Positions 26,901-40,034 of a stretch of 64,000 nucleotides of DNA are shown here, piece by piece. Made by a program: the position numbers and the translations under genes. Numbering within the stretch: the first letter of the stretch is position 1; each line of letters opens with the position of its first letter. The notes below the pieces were generated by a model. The model ran no database searches and was not told the DNA's origin. It saw nothing but the letters and a program-made list of their open reading frames with translations. The DNA is from Lama glama (lineage: Eukaryota), in contig CM052816.1 of assembly GCA_028534125.1 (NCBI GenBank), positions 46,688,001 through 46,752,000 on the forward strand, given 5' to 3'.

Positions 26901-27729
26901 GAATGACTAGTCTTTAAAATCCTCTATTTATCACTCAGAGTGTAAATACAATCCAAAATTTCATTGGGCGGTGCGGGGAAGGGCTTACTCCTCTACGTGA
27001 GATTTTCGGAATTTAAAGAACATTTGCCTGTATGGTTTGCCCTGTGAAATACTTTTAAATACCAGATCTTCTAAAAAGATAGTCTTACTTATTTAATAAT
27101 ACCTTACAAAGAAATGATCACATTTTTTTCCAGTTTTATTTTTTTTAATTAAGAGAAAAGTAGTTTTGGAGCTTGAAATTTTCCTGGGGCCACTTTATCT
27201 CAGAAATACTTGTTTTGAATTTTGCCAGTTGCCTCAATTTCCGACATGGGTACCTCCCTGCTTTGTGGTTGGGAGGTAATTCTTTCTTCACATTTGCTTA
27301 GTCATAAGTCTTTTTGGAGCAAAGAAAGATTATTTTTGTGAAACTGTCCCCAAAATATGTATTATTCATAGACAAGAAACCCATCAAAGAGTCTCACTGC
27401 ACTGGTAATGATAGGTTGGACTGCAGTGACCAGAAGGCTCACCACTCAGCTTTCTTTAGGGAACTTAAAGACAGTTGTAGCCTTTTTCCATCTGGATCAA
27501 CATATGTTGACCAGTTGGTTTTCAATGCTTGCTGGCTTGGTGGCGGGAAGTAAGACTGATCTTCTATAAATAGAATTGATACTTTCAACTATGACTTAGG
27601 AATTCCACTTTTACTTTTATTCAGCATCACTACTCAGTATCTCTCTAATAATTCTAGTAACTTTTATGATGTGTAAAAAGCTTGTATTATTAACTTGAAA
27701 GCATTATTAATTACAGCTATTCTTAAATA

Positions 27730-27990
27730 GTAACAGTCACAGCTAACTTTTTTTGAGAGCTTACTTTCTATTTGAACATCGTCTAAGGGCTTGAGGCTTT
27801 ACAAGCATTAACTTATTTATTCTTCAAGACCAAGCATATAGGCACTGTTACTATTCCCATTTTACAGATGAAGAAACTGAGACAAAAGTAATTTAAGCAG
27901 CTTGCCTTAAAGTTATCCACTTTGTTAATAGCAGAGCTGAAACTTCAACCTGATAGTCAGTCTCCAGAGTCCACGCACTTACCAACTAAG
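27730..27990 (-). mobile_element. MIR SINE
   Basis: Near-consensus core TTCCCATTTTACAGATGAAGAAACTGAGAC at ~27854-27883 plus matching flanks. Confidence 0.8.
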
Positions 27991-29821
27991 CCGAAATCTC
28001 AAATACGCTGTCTCAGCAGTGAGATAAGAAAAAGGAAATAACTCAACTATAGAAACAATTTGGTGTGGTATCTTGGGGAAGAGTGTTCAGTAGCCCCAGA
28101 ATGACATGTTTATAACCATGTTTATGTGATATGTTAGTATGGTTTTTAAAGAGAAGCGAATTAATTCTTAGTCTATGATACAGTTCCATATTGTTAACCT
28201 GGAGGGGAAAAATATGTATTTTATCAGCTATTTGATAGATTTTCTTTTCACAAGAAATATCTTATTACTATTGTGAAAACAGATTTACCAGTTATAATGT
28301 TAGCTTTAATTGAAATGTGAACATCTAGTTTTATGTCATCTCCATCTAGTGACTTCCAGTTTGTTTCTCACTTTTTAAGCTCTCTTAATTTTTTATCCTT
28401 TACTTGCAGGAGTCACAGTAATTTATAGAGTTAAACTTTTAATTCTTAATTATTTAAGAATATAAGCTGTATGACAGAATCTATGCATGGATAGTAAATG
28501 GATTTCAGGAGTTATTCAGTTAATTTAACTAGTGCAAGTGGCTATCTTAGACAATTTTAATTCTAGAACACTTTTTAATTTTCTCTCTTTGTAGCTAAAA
28601 ATGGAAAAAAACCGAACGTTAAAAGCAGAGATAAATTTGAAACAGTGACAAGTTAGAACAACTTGCATTGTATTTGAAAACTAGGAAATGTTATATCAAG
28701 TTTATTCATCAACTAAATGGCTTTTATTTGATGAATGGCTTTTAGTTTCTAACTGAGTATTTCTGAGTTCAGTAAAAGGCCTTTTGGAAAAGAAAAGGGA
28801 TCACATTTAGAATTTTTACTTTGAGAGATAATATGAACTTTCTTTCTTCTAATAAATAGTTTTCATGTTTTTTCATAAAAGCATTACTGTGCTCTTGGCT
28901 AAAAGTGAGGACAGAGAAGCTGGTCAGAGGTCAAACGGAATGCAGATACTTCTGAATTACCAAGTGTACACACATCACACTTCAAAATTAATAACTACCA
29001 TATCTTTAAGTCATGGATTCCTTGACAAATTTCCACAGTGAATCTTAGTAACTACATTTGGTTCCACTTTATTTCACTTATTGAAGAGAATCAAATGCTT
29101 ATTTGGATTACCATGCAAACACCAAAATAATCTGTGTTCTATGTATTTAAAAATGCCTTTATTAGAAATGTGACTGGAAGATTTGGGAATTAGACATACA
29201 ATTTGGAATTAATTGGTTACAGTGATAAATGGCCTCCATGTCACTTTGCGGTGCCTGCTGGCGGGAGGAGTTTTGTGAGCTTTATGCAATATTAAAGTGC
29301 TGCTAGTAATGCTCAGTATTCATTCCTCCCTTTCAAACAAAACCACTGAGGCTAGTTAATCTGCTTCCTTGTGTAATTTTGACTACAGTTGTTTGAAATT
29401 CTTCTTTGGAACCTTCCAACTGTAAAGCACACTCTTAAGACTCCGTAAAACACCAGATTTATATTTAGTATCCAAAGACAGGAACAATAATTCTAAATAT
29501 ACAGAAAACAGGTATTCATTATAATGACCTAGATTACCCAGAGACTTAGGGAGGAAGTCATAGCTGTTAGCTAACTCTATAAAAGATAATTACATAAAGT
29601 TATTAGTAATATTTCTGGAAAAGGATTGTGATGTAGTTGATACTGCATTTTAAAAGCCTTTTCAAAAATTTTAATCATCAAAGGACTAAAATCTAAACTA
29701 ACAATTTCTCACTTAGAGAATCCATTCAGAAACGGTGAGCTATTATTGATCTTGGGTATATGCTAAGTGACAGGGTCATAGGTATAAAGCATTGAGAGTC
29801 CTTCATACTGTTAGTTTAGTG

Positions 29822-29975
29822 CAGTGGTTCTCGAGCCTGGCTATATGGGAGCTTTTCAAAAATGCTCATGCCCGTGCACCTCCAGATTTGGATTTAATCG
29901 GCCAGCCCTCTTGACATTGCTGTTTCTCAAAGCTGCCTGGATGATTTTAATGTGAAGCCTGGGTGAGAACCACTG
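29822..29975. mobile_element. MER5-family hAT MITE
   Basis: Perfect 11-bp terminal inverted repeats CAGTGGTTCTC ... GAGAACCACTG; internal GGAGCTTT...AAAAATGC and GATGATTTTAATGTG. Confidence 0.8.
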
Positions 29976-30134
29976 TTTAGAAGAAGATAAATGTGAATTT
30001 TGAACTCCATGCATTCTGGAAGTTAAAGAAACAGATAAGCTTATAGTTTGAAAACGTTCTTGAGCTCTGCCCATATAATGTCTACTGCTATTCCCCACAC
30101 TTCCCCTTGGACATCAACTAAGAATTTATTAATT

Positions 30135-30450
30135 GATCAGTCGTTTCATTCACTTAGTGTTTAATGGGGCTGGATTCCTAGGTGTTAGGGATACAGAAGT
30201 GAAAGATGGAGCGAGCCTCTGTCCCTGAGGAATTCAGTATGATAAGGGAAATGAACGTGCCAGATGCAATTATGAATATAATGTGATAAACACTATCCTA
30301 TAAGTATGTTGAAGGCAAAGAGGTTATTTAAGTGCTGGAATGTTCAACTTTTTTGGGAGATGAACAGTCAGGTCAGTCTTCAGTAGAAGAAAGGACACAT
30401 GAGGTGAGCCTTAAGTGATGAGTCGAATCCTGGCAGTATTCTAGAAAAGG
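30135..30450 (-). mobile_element. L2 LINE fragment
   Basis: TTCATTCAC...CTAGGTGTTAGGGATACAGAAGTGAA...CTGTCCCTGAGGAATTCA resembles the reverse-strand L2 3' region. Confidence 0.6.
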
Positions 30451-32102
30451 GCATTTTTTGGATTCATCTCCCTTCTAAAAACATTTACAAGTTTTTTACA
30501 TGGTTTACCATATTCTCAACTTTGCCCCCTCATTTGGAGAGGCTGTCCAGGTCTTGTCCAGGACTTTAGCTTCTGTTGAAATTGGGGGCAGCTAATGGTA
30601 CTATAGTACTATGAGGATGGTACCGGAAGTAGGAAGAGCCTAGCTAATCCCCTTTCCATTTTCAGGTATGAAGTAAGACATCCTCCCTGTTACGGGTCTT
30701 AAGGTGACTCGGAGGACTTGCACCTTCTCCACTCCCACTCCTGCCCTATTTCCTAGACGCAGCTGAAAGGAAGGATGGCCTCATCCAGGTCTTCCCCTGC
30801 AATTCACTGTTTTAACAGGAGATGCAAAACAAGTTATGAATGAGGAAAAAGAGTACTGACAGTGAAATACCACCACAAGAATACTTTCTATAGTGGAGAC
30901 TCAGCTCTGATCTCCTACCAAAAGTAATTTTTTAAAAAACTTCACATGGTATTTATTTCCTTTTTTATTTTCTCTTGGTCTAAAAAAATCAAAAATAGGT
31001 AAATAAAAATACGTTAGGGATGTTACACGGTTATGAAAAAATTTTGTTTACTTTAAAATTACTCTGTTAGAGTTCCTCTAAAAGAAGAGTATAAGCCTGT
31101 AAGACAGCAGAGCATGACCTTCTAAGACACAGAACCCAAGAAACTGGACTTGTTCTTTCTACGTTGCCAAACATATGACAAGTACACACATACACACACA
31201 CGTGTCAGTTTCAGAAGACAAAAAAGGCAAGATATGATGAGAAAATAAATATACTGGTTCCAGAAGTTATATAGAAAAATGTTGCATTATTTCAGAGGAA
31301 GCCTTACTAAAAATGAGTCACATCAAATTTTATGTAAGGGAGGATTAGATGGTGATCTTAATTATATAATGGAATAAAATTCTAAGTCTGTAAGTAAACT
31401 TTTCGTTCCAATTCTTAGACCACGTTACCTCCTCAAATCTGATACTTCATGAAACAGGTCCAGGTTCATACTGGGAGGGAAGAGGGGGAACTGGGCTGCA
31501 CTGCTTGATTATATCATATCCCAGTGACTGGAGTAGAGAACTAAATTAGTTATGATAAAAGACTGAGAACTTTGACCTAATGGGTTGACTTTTGGGGAAG
31601 TCATAAAATGTACTGAATTTGGTCTCAAAGAAATGATGCATTATTATCACACATGCAATTAGAAAATTATCACCTTGAGTAAATTAAGTATACAGCATTG
31701 AATTCAATTAGCATATTATTAGGAATTTACAAGTCAGTAAATATCATAAGGTGAGTTTATTTTTTTTAATGCTACTGGAACTTCTCCAGAAATTCAATAT
31801 GATCCAGATAAGAACGAGTGATTTTAAGCCATCGAAAGCCCTCAATCCTGGTTTTGCAGGTAAGAGGCATATTTATCCAGACTGTTTTATCTCAGAAAGG
31901 CAGAGTTCTCTATGATTGTAACGTATAAATCTGTTGAGAGTCCAGACGAGTTTTTCTCTCACATCATGCAATAGCTGAGAAGCTCTTTGATGGCAGTCAG
32001 GTCATAAATAGACTAGTGCATTTCAAGAACCTACTACACCCAAATAAAATCATGCTACAACATAACGTGTATTGGGGTGCTATATTTCTAAGAGAGTTTA
32101 AC

Positions 32103-32281
32103 ACAGTAAATTTCAGATCTGGCTTCACATTCGAATTCTTGGAGAGCTTTTAAAAAATAACAATGCTGGGCAACGAGCTGCAACATTTCCAATTTCATTG
32201 GTCTGGGATGGGTCTAGGTATCAGTATTTTTTGAAAGTATCCCAGATGATTCAAGTGTGCAGTCAGGGTTAAGAACTACTG
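32103..32281. mobile_element. MER5-family hAT MITE (more diverged)
   Basis: GGAGAGCTTTTAAAAAAT...ATTGGTCTGGGATGGG...CCCAGATGATTC...GTGCAGTCAGGGTTAAGAACTACTG. Confidence 0.7.
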
Positions 32282-33310
32282 TTAACATTCAAAATCTTTA
32301 GAACTTTGAATCATCTTTGAACACTAAAGTGAAGTAAATAAGGAACATTAGTATTACCTCCCTTTGAGCTATAAAATTCAGAAGAAAATTAATTGATTTC
32401 TTAAGTTATAACAGGGAAATTATCTCTTCCATAGAATCTTCCTTTTCCGAGTTTATGAGAATAGCTGCATCATTCCACTTTCTAAATTATTGGCATTTCT
32501 AAAGATGAAGTAACAGGGGAAGTGATGAACTTTATAAATAGACTGCATGAAATATTTGGCATGCGGGGTCAAGATGTAGGCGAAGCTGGAAAAAGACTAG
32601 TATGTGTGTTAGCCAGAGGCCAACAGTTGTTAAATTCCCTAATTTTCCTCAAGAAGGGGAAGAGTAAGAATCCCTTTAAGAACGTAATTTTTTTTTCTCC
32701 AATGTGTAGTCAGTAAAACCCAGAGGGGAAAAAAATGTACCTTTCAAGCCAAAATTAGGTCATGCCAACCACAGCAAATTGGAAGCTCTGCTTAAAATGT
32801 AGTCTTGCAGGATTGCTGTGGATCATCTTAATGTCACGCACGTGGTGGGGCTGGCGTTTCCAGATCGTGGCTGCGGGGCTCTGCTGAGCGGGCCAGCTCT
32901 GCGGAGTGAGTCTGACTGCCCCAGTGGGGCCGCGGTTGGCACACAGACGTGACCTAAAGTTGTGTCTGAAAGGTATGTTCTGGACTGTGGCATTTTCTAA
33001 GGTGAAAAAAATTGTACATATTCTAAAAAAAAAAAAATCAAAAAATAGAGTTCATTTTGTCTGATTCTAGAGGGGGAAAATGTTAAAGGAAACAGGGAAT
33101 GGACAAATCCAGCATAGTGGCCAGCAATTACGGCTTCCTAGTAATTAGGAGGAGGTTGCCAAAGAACTACCTTGCCATTAAAAAAAAGAAAGAAAAAAAC
33201 CTACAAAGTAATAGCTTCATTCATGTATTCACCTGTTCACATTAGGAGTGGTGGGATTGTTCTTTTTCCAGCCTTGAGGGATGTGGAAGAAAATTAGAAG
33301 GCACTTCATT

Positions 33311-33525
33311 CATTTCATTGGCACTTATCATTATTAGAATGTTGAATCTGCTGTAAAATGCAGTATATTTCCATTATGTAAAAGAAATTGCTGCTTTTTT
33401 CCTACCTGCAGAACATAAGCATTTCATGGGTGTTTCTGTTCATTATTTGAATGTTGAACTGGCCATAAAAATATAGCTTATTTCCATTACATAAAGGAAA
33501 TTTATACTCTTTCCTACTTGCAGAA
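33311..33525. repeat. Diverged ~110-bp tandem duplication (two copies)
   Basis: Copies 33311-33413 and 33420-33525 share, in order, CATTTCAT, TCATTATTwGAATGTTGAA, TATTTCCATTA, GAAATT and TTTCCTACyTGCAGAA. Confidence 0.8.
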
Positions 33526-36500
33526 AGTATTTAATAAAGTGATAGGCCTGTAAGGTTTAAAAAATTTTATTGTGGAATGCAGTAGAGAACTTTATCAAGT
33601 TGTGTAAGGAAAGTATTAATGTGTGTTATATAGTATCTCATGTGTTTGTCTATCTTTTGTTTAACACTGCTGAATTCATTCCCACTGGAAAAAAAAATCT
33701 CTTCAGAATTTTGGACTTGTTCCTAAATGAGCACATATATTCACAGCTGCGGGCTCTGTTGCCACTACCTTTACATCTGTGTCCTATCTGCAAAAAGAAG
33801 TTTTTTTCCTCTTCTAGAGCAACTTTCCAGTGTGTAAAATTAGTTGTATCAGTCTAGTTTCCAAATTATTGACATCTGCTAGGATGAGATAGCAGTGGAT
33901 GTATAATATTGTATCTGCTAGGGACTGAACTGGGATATTGTGCAGAAGACTGAAAAAAACAAACAGCTTTCTTTCTATTAGAAAACACTGCATTCTTGAA
34001 TTAATTACCAGAGGAACTTTCAGGTGTTAATCTCTAGCCCCTCTTGATTTTTCTGGCATGCTGATTCTACATTCTCTGATAACATAGGAAATAAAAGGCC
34101 CAGTTGGTCCTGAATGAAAATTCTGAAAAAACTTCACAGAGGAGAAAACACCTGAACTGTTTCTTAACAGAAGATCTTGAGTGTGTCTCACCTTGCTGTT
34201 GCATGTCTTGCCTTTCGAGCACAGACTCTTGTGTGCCACTGTGTACTCAGTAGTGCAGTCGGGCCCCAATTTATGAATAATTTGGGTCCCATAAATTTGT
34301 TTTGAAATTGGGAGTCGCAGAATTTATTTTTCATAGAAACTGTTTTTAAATGGTGGTTAGCTTCTCACATGAGCCCACAAAAACCTGTTGTACCCTTAGA
34401 GTAAAATTTATTAAAAATAGCAGGAAGCCATACAGGTGTTGTAATATGTATAACTGAATTAAGAGTCTTCAAATTTTCCTTCACCAGCAATGCTGAGACA
34501 AGTCACTTTTTCATGAGGCAAGTAGAATTTTTGTGGAAATAATGGAAACAATTTCTAGGCTTCACAATGTAGTCTAGACCTCAGAATCATATTCAGTGTT
34601 CCTTCAAAATGCAGAATTCCCACCACCACCTTCCTGGGGAGACCTTTCAACAGATGATTAGTATGTTTACTGGAGTTTAAGGATTACTGCTTAAAGATTG
34701 CAAGTATTCTTAGGTTATAATTTCTTATAAAAATAGCTTTTTCTGTTTCTTAATGCAGATCTATAATAAGCATCACTAAATGTTTATGAGTTATCTTTAG
34801 CTAACATGTGGAACATATAAGAACATTTCCCAGGGGATAACTGGGCAAGAGGAAGAGGACAGGAGATGGTTAACAAGGATGTGTGCCTGGACGAGAGTGC
34901 CTGAGAAGGATTTGACTGAACTACCGTTAAGACTCCATTAAGACTCAAGCACTTGGACTCCAGACTCCACATCTTATTGAATACACTATGTTGCCTTCTA
35001 TGGCCCCTAATAAACTCTTACTGGGCTGTCTCCTCCAGGAGTGTACAAGGCCAACTTTGAGTTTTATTGCCCATATGCCCAAAATCTAGACTCTGCCAGG
35101 CATTTGATTGGTAGATACTTACTGAATGAGCAGTTTTATTTTATGGAATTTATTAATTTCTATCTTGTACTAAAATTCATGTTTAAAGTATCTTTCCCAA
35201 TTTGGTAAAATTTAAGTTCTTTAAGGAGTAGAGATTAAGTTTTATTTGTCTTTGTATTCAGGATATACTCTGTAATGGATTTGTATCTCTGAATTAACAA
35301 ATTACTTTTTTGCACCAGATCCGCTATACTATCTGACTGGCCGAATAAACTTGATCATAACCTCAGAACCAAAGATCCTTCCTTGGAGTAGGCATCCAAT
35401 TCCTGTTTGAAATGCTACTGCTCACTATTCTATGAACCCTAGTAATAATATCTACTTATTGTACACTCATATATATTTTTACAGCTAGGAAAACTGAAGT
35501 TTAGGAGTCATAGATTAAAACTTTGGTCAGAAAGCAAGATTCTTATAGCTAAAAAAATTATAAAATATAGCTACAAAAAATTATCAGTAAGTATTATTTC
35601 ATTTCATATGCAGGTAATGGATGAATAATGGTTTTGCATTTTTCTTAAATCATAATACTACATTTCTTTCTCAGATTTTGCCCACTGTGTAAAAATTATG
35701 AATTTTTGTGGTTCTTGTTTATGCATGATGAAAGCCATGAAAAATACTGTTGTAACTGATAGAGCAATGTTGAAAGACACATTTATGACTCATTAAGAGA
35801 CATGGTGTATCTTATTGGTGCTGTCTGGAGTTTCAAATTTTATGTAATCCTTTCACATAAGTTGTGGGGGAAGTTTTTGTTTTGTTTATCACAAAAGCAT
35901 CTCACTAGGTTGATCTCTTACTTCATAAATATATGAAGAACCGAATACATTGGAAAGGGTTTATATCTTCTGTAAATCCACTATTTTGACATGTAACAAA
36001 AGTCAATTCAAGCCTTTTATCTATTCCACTGCTAGTTAGCATCAGTATATGAAGGGGATTAAAAAAACCAAATGATAGTTAAATCATGAAGTTTTACTCT
36101 TTATTAGCAGTCTCCAAGATATGTTTTGTTTTGATGATATTGTTATTTCTAAATGATAGTCATTTTTATTTTGGTCATAGGTTTCATTTATTCAGGCAGT
36201 TACATGGATTACCTGTATCCATTTAAGTATAGTAACTTACTATTGTTTTCAGTTTATTGAATGTCTAAGTGTTAGGCAGCTACAGAACATTTCTTCTCAG
36301 AGGTCCTAGTGGAAGATACTTGGCTACCAAGTGTACACAGGTGTTTGATAATTGACTTTTGTTCAAAGGTGTACGAGTCCAGTCTAGACTCCATTATCCA
36401 TTAGGTTCCCACTTCAGTGACAGCTGCTACATTTTAATACTGCATTAAGACCAGTGGATGTATCATTTTCATTGTCACTTGAAAAATATAATTATAATAA

Positions 36501-37957
36501 AAATCCTTGTTAATTTTTTTCTTGTTGTATGGTACACTTATTCCAAATAATGGTTAATACAACCAGAAGCCAGTGTTTAAATAAACTGAACATTGCCTTG
36601 AATGTTCTTTTATAGGAATTGACTTTAGAATATGATTCTGACTCTTCTGATTCTTCTTGATTCTTCTCTCATTGTGGTTCCTGTAATTTCTTTATCTCAA
36701 CTTTCATCTCTACCACCAGTACTTTTAGATATGTATTTTCCTTATATTTATTAATAGAAATAGATTTATGTTAATGTTTTAATCACATAAAAGAGATAAA
36801 GTTATATTATAAAAAGGTGTGATTTTTTTAAACATAATGTTTGACTCAGTTGCTAATGAATATTGAGGACACACTCTAATATATAGTTCTAAAATTGTTT
36901 GAATCATGTTACCTAAAAAGATACTAATAACCTTTTGTTTGTAACAATACTACCAAGGAATGTAGAAAATTCTGCATAAATTATTTCCATATACCATCAC
37001 TTTTAGTCTTTTAAATTTCCATTTATCATTTTGAAGATGTTGTAACCTAAAATACAAACACAGTTTGGTAGTTTGCTTATACTCTGGATATCTAAAACCC
37101 CTACAGGTTGAGTCTGATTGTATTGGTTCCATTTAAAGCTTCAAGTAATAATTATCGCAGTACATTTTAGTACAGTTAGAATCATTTAATCTTTTTGAGA
37201 TGCTGAAAATAGATTTTATAATTTCAAGTACCTGGGATAAATAATTATAGTCTATTCACAGAAGTATAAATGCATTAGTTATTTTAATTTTAAAATATGA
37301 TAGAGAAGTATACATTTCTAAATACTAAATTTTACAACTTAAATTAGCTAGCTAGTGAGTTAGAATGTGAAATTAACATTGGTGGTTTATAGAATGTTAA
37401 CAAGTAGAAGCTTAAAGTTAGTAGAAAAATCAGCCAAATTTAATCAGATAGGTGTTCCCTGAGGAAGTTCACTAAGCCTATATTCGGTTCTTGTGAGACA
37501 GGTTGATGGATTTCACAATGTATGAATGTTTACTGAAAGACAAAGACTTGGCATTATTCTAATAATTGAACAAAACAAAGTTCTTCACTGAAACATTAGA
37601 TATTCTTCATTTAAAAGTTCATTGTATGTAAGTTCTTAATGATATGTAAGTTATATATACACACACAAATATGTATACATATGTACACATCTCAGTATGT
37701 ATGTATGTCAAAGGACTTATCACAGTCAGAGCGAGTACCTTCCAGAGGTCTGGAAGTTTTGCTTGCTGCTCCATTTTAAAATGTTAGGTATTCTGGACAT
37801 CATGGAGGTCCTGAAGAGCAGTGGCCTTCTAGGGTCTGCTCCAACTCTTAAGTTCCCCCACTCTCTTACCTGCTTTGGCAGTTACCATTAATATGTTGTG
37901 GTCTTAAAGCAATCAACACAGCCATCATTTTTTCATTAAATTGTTGGGATTCTTTTT

Positions 37958-38130
37958 AGCATGACATAAAGGGCAGACGCTGGAGTCAGATTGCGTGGGT
38001 TCCAGTCCCAGAGTCACCACTTACCTTAGGCAAGAGAAGTTCCCTTTGTCTGTTTCCTCATATGTCAAATGGATGCAATGATGTTTGTTATGAAGACTGA
38101 ATGAGTTGAGATATGTAAATAGAAGAGCCC
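37958..38130 (+). mobile_element. MIR SINE
   Basis: CTGGAGTCAGA...GGGTTCCAGTCCCAG...ACCACTTACC...GTTTCCTCATATGTCAAATGG. Confidence 0.7.
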
Positions 38131-40011
38131 TAGACACAAAACAAGGATTAACATTCAATATCCTTTTTTAATTTTTACAATCAAGAAATTTTGCATTGAA
38201 ACATTTTTGGGTTTTGCCTTTTGTGGGAGAAGATCTAGGAAACAGGTTTTATAATTACCTACATCATACCACAAATTAAAGCCATTAAAGGCAACTTTAC
38301 TATTTGATTTTATCTTTTTGAAGTTCTTTTTTAATTCTTATAGTAGAATCTCAATAGTTTCCATTTGTATTATCAGATTTAAAATAGAACTAGGGAATAC
38401 CAGATTTACCAATTTCTGGAATTTTCTGAGTTTTGAAATATTAACAACAGATAATTTCCTGAAGGAATTTGCAGATTCATCCCCCTGAAACATCAGAGAA
38501 AATTGAACTTTAATAGTGGTCAGTCATTAATCCCATTGAAACACTTAAAATAAACATTAAGACGCAAATCAAACAGATAGATGTGATGAAACTTTTGTAG
38601 ATTTTTACATTAAGCCTTAGACAAAATTTTGCCCTAGCCAAATATTACACATTTTCAGTGCATTTTATTATGTCTGTATGACCTTTTTTTTTTTTTAAGT
38701 TTTCACAATTCTTATAAAAAAAGATTTCCCGTAGCATTCAATAGACAGCCAAAATCATGTGGATCTGGCTCTTAGATATGTGACTTTTAAGACTTAGATA
38801 GTTGAAGCATGTGAATTTATGAATGCCTTTTATTTTCAAATTAACAGACTTAGAAACAAGTAAATTAAAGTGCTTGGCACAATCACATTCTTTTAAGAAA
38901 TATTTTACAACGTTGAAGTATTTCTGTATCCATCTGAGATAACAAAATACTCCCACATGGACCATCTATACCTCTAAATAACCAGTCCATTGACAGAGGG
39001 GATTGGTGGACCAACTCTTTCACAGAGAACAGTGTCATTAGTAAACAGAATTTTGACCAGGATCTAAACTTTATTTTTTCTCATTAGTGTGCCCCATTCA
39101 TCAGTGTAGGTGAGAATGAATTCATGACATTTTTTTTATGTGCTTACCCATGTTGCAAATAACTAGTTTACAGCATGGAGTGAGAAATTACACTACTTAA
39201 GGTTTTCAAAATATGTCTATTTATTACCTTATTGTGACTAAAATAATTACAAGAATTAAATAATATATGTAAAGCACTTAGCATGTTGCCTGTTATTATT
39301 TCTGTGTAGAAAGATGTAAATTTGTGAAAAAACAAATTTTCATCTTAGGGAGATGGTTTTCACCCACATACGTTTATCCAGTGCTCTCCAAAGTAAGAGA
39401 TAATTACATAACAAAAAAGTTGTACCCATTCAACTGAACTTCAGGAATTATATTTGTTATTTTCTACTGAATAGCTTTCAGCTACTGTAGGTTTGGACTT
39501 TGAAATACAAATAATTATTATGTTTTTAAATCATGCAGATTCTCTCCAGTACCTCCTCTTCTATGTGCCTTTGGGGAAATAAAATTGCTTTTTAAATAGC
39601 AGATTATTCTACATGATTTTTGTAAAAGTTGTTATAGTAAGAATATAAATCTCAACTAAAATGTTATATATGAATTTTAGTTACATCACCCTGTGCCCAA
39701 TGCAGAATGGAATTTGTGTGCCCTCTGTGTATTCCCAGTTTTCACTCGTGTATTTTATAAAAGCATTTATATTTGAATCTAATTTTTATAATTTAGATAA
39801 TAGTTGTTTGTATTCAGTTTCAAATTTGAGAAGCTCCTGTGTAAGATACTTGCAATCCAAGTCATTACCAAAAATTGTGCAAATATAAATGAGATAAACA
39901 AAATAGAAATAGTGATCATGTGAAAACTATAGATTGGTATCTGATCTAGTCTCATAGCTAATTATGCATCTTAACAGCCTGTTAAAATTCTATCTAGAGA
40001 TCCTGGATTAT

Positions 40012-40034
40012 TCTCTCTCTCTCTCTCTCTCTCT
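40012..40034. repeat. (TC)11 microsatellite
   Basis: Read directly from the sequence. Confidence 0.9.
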
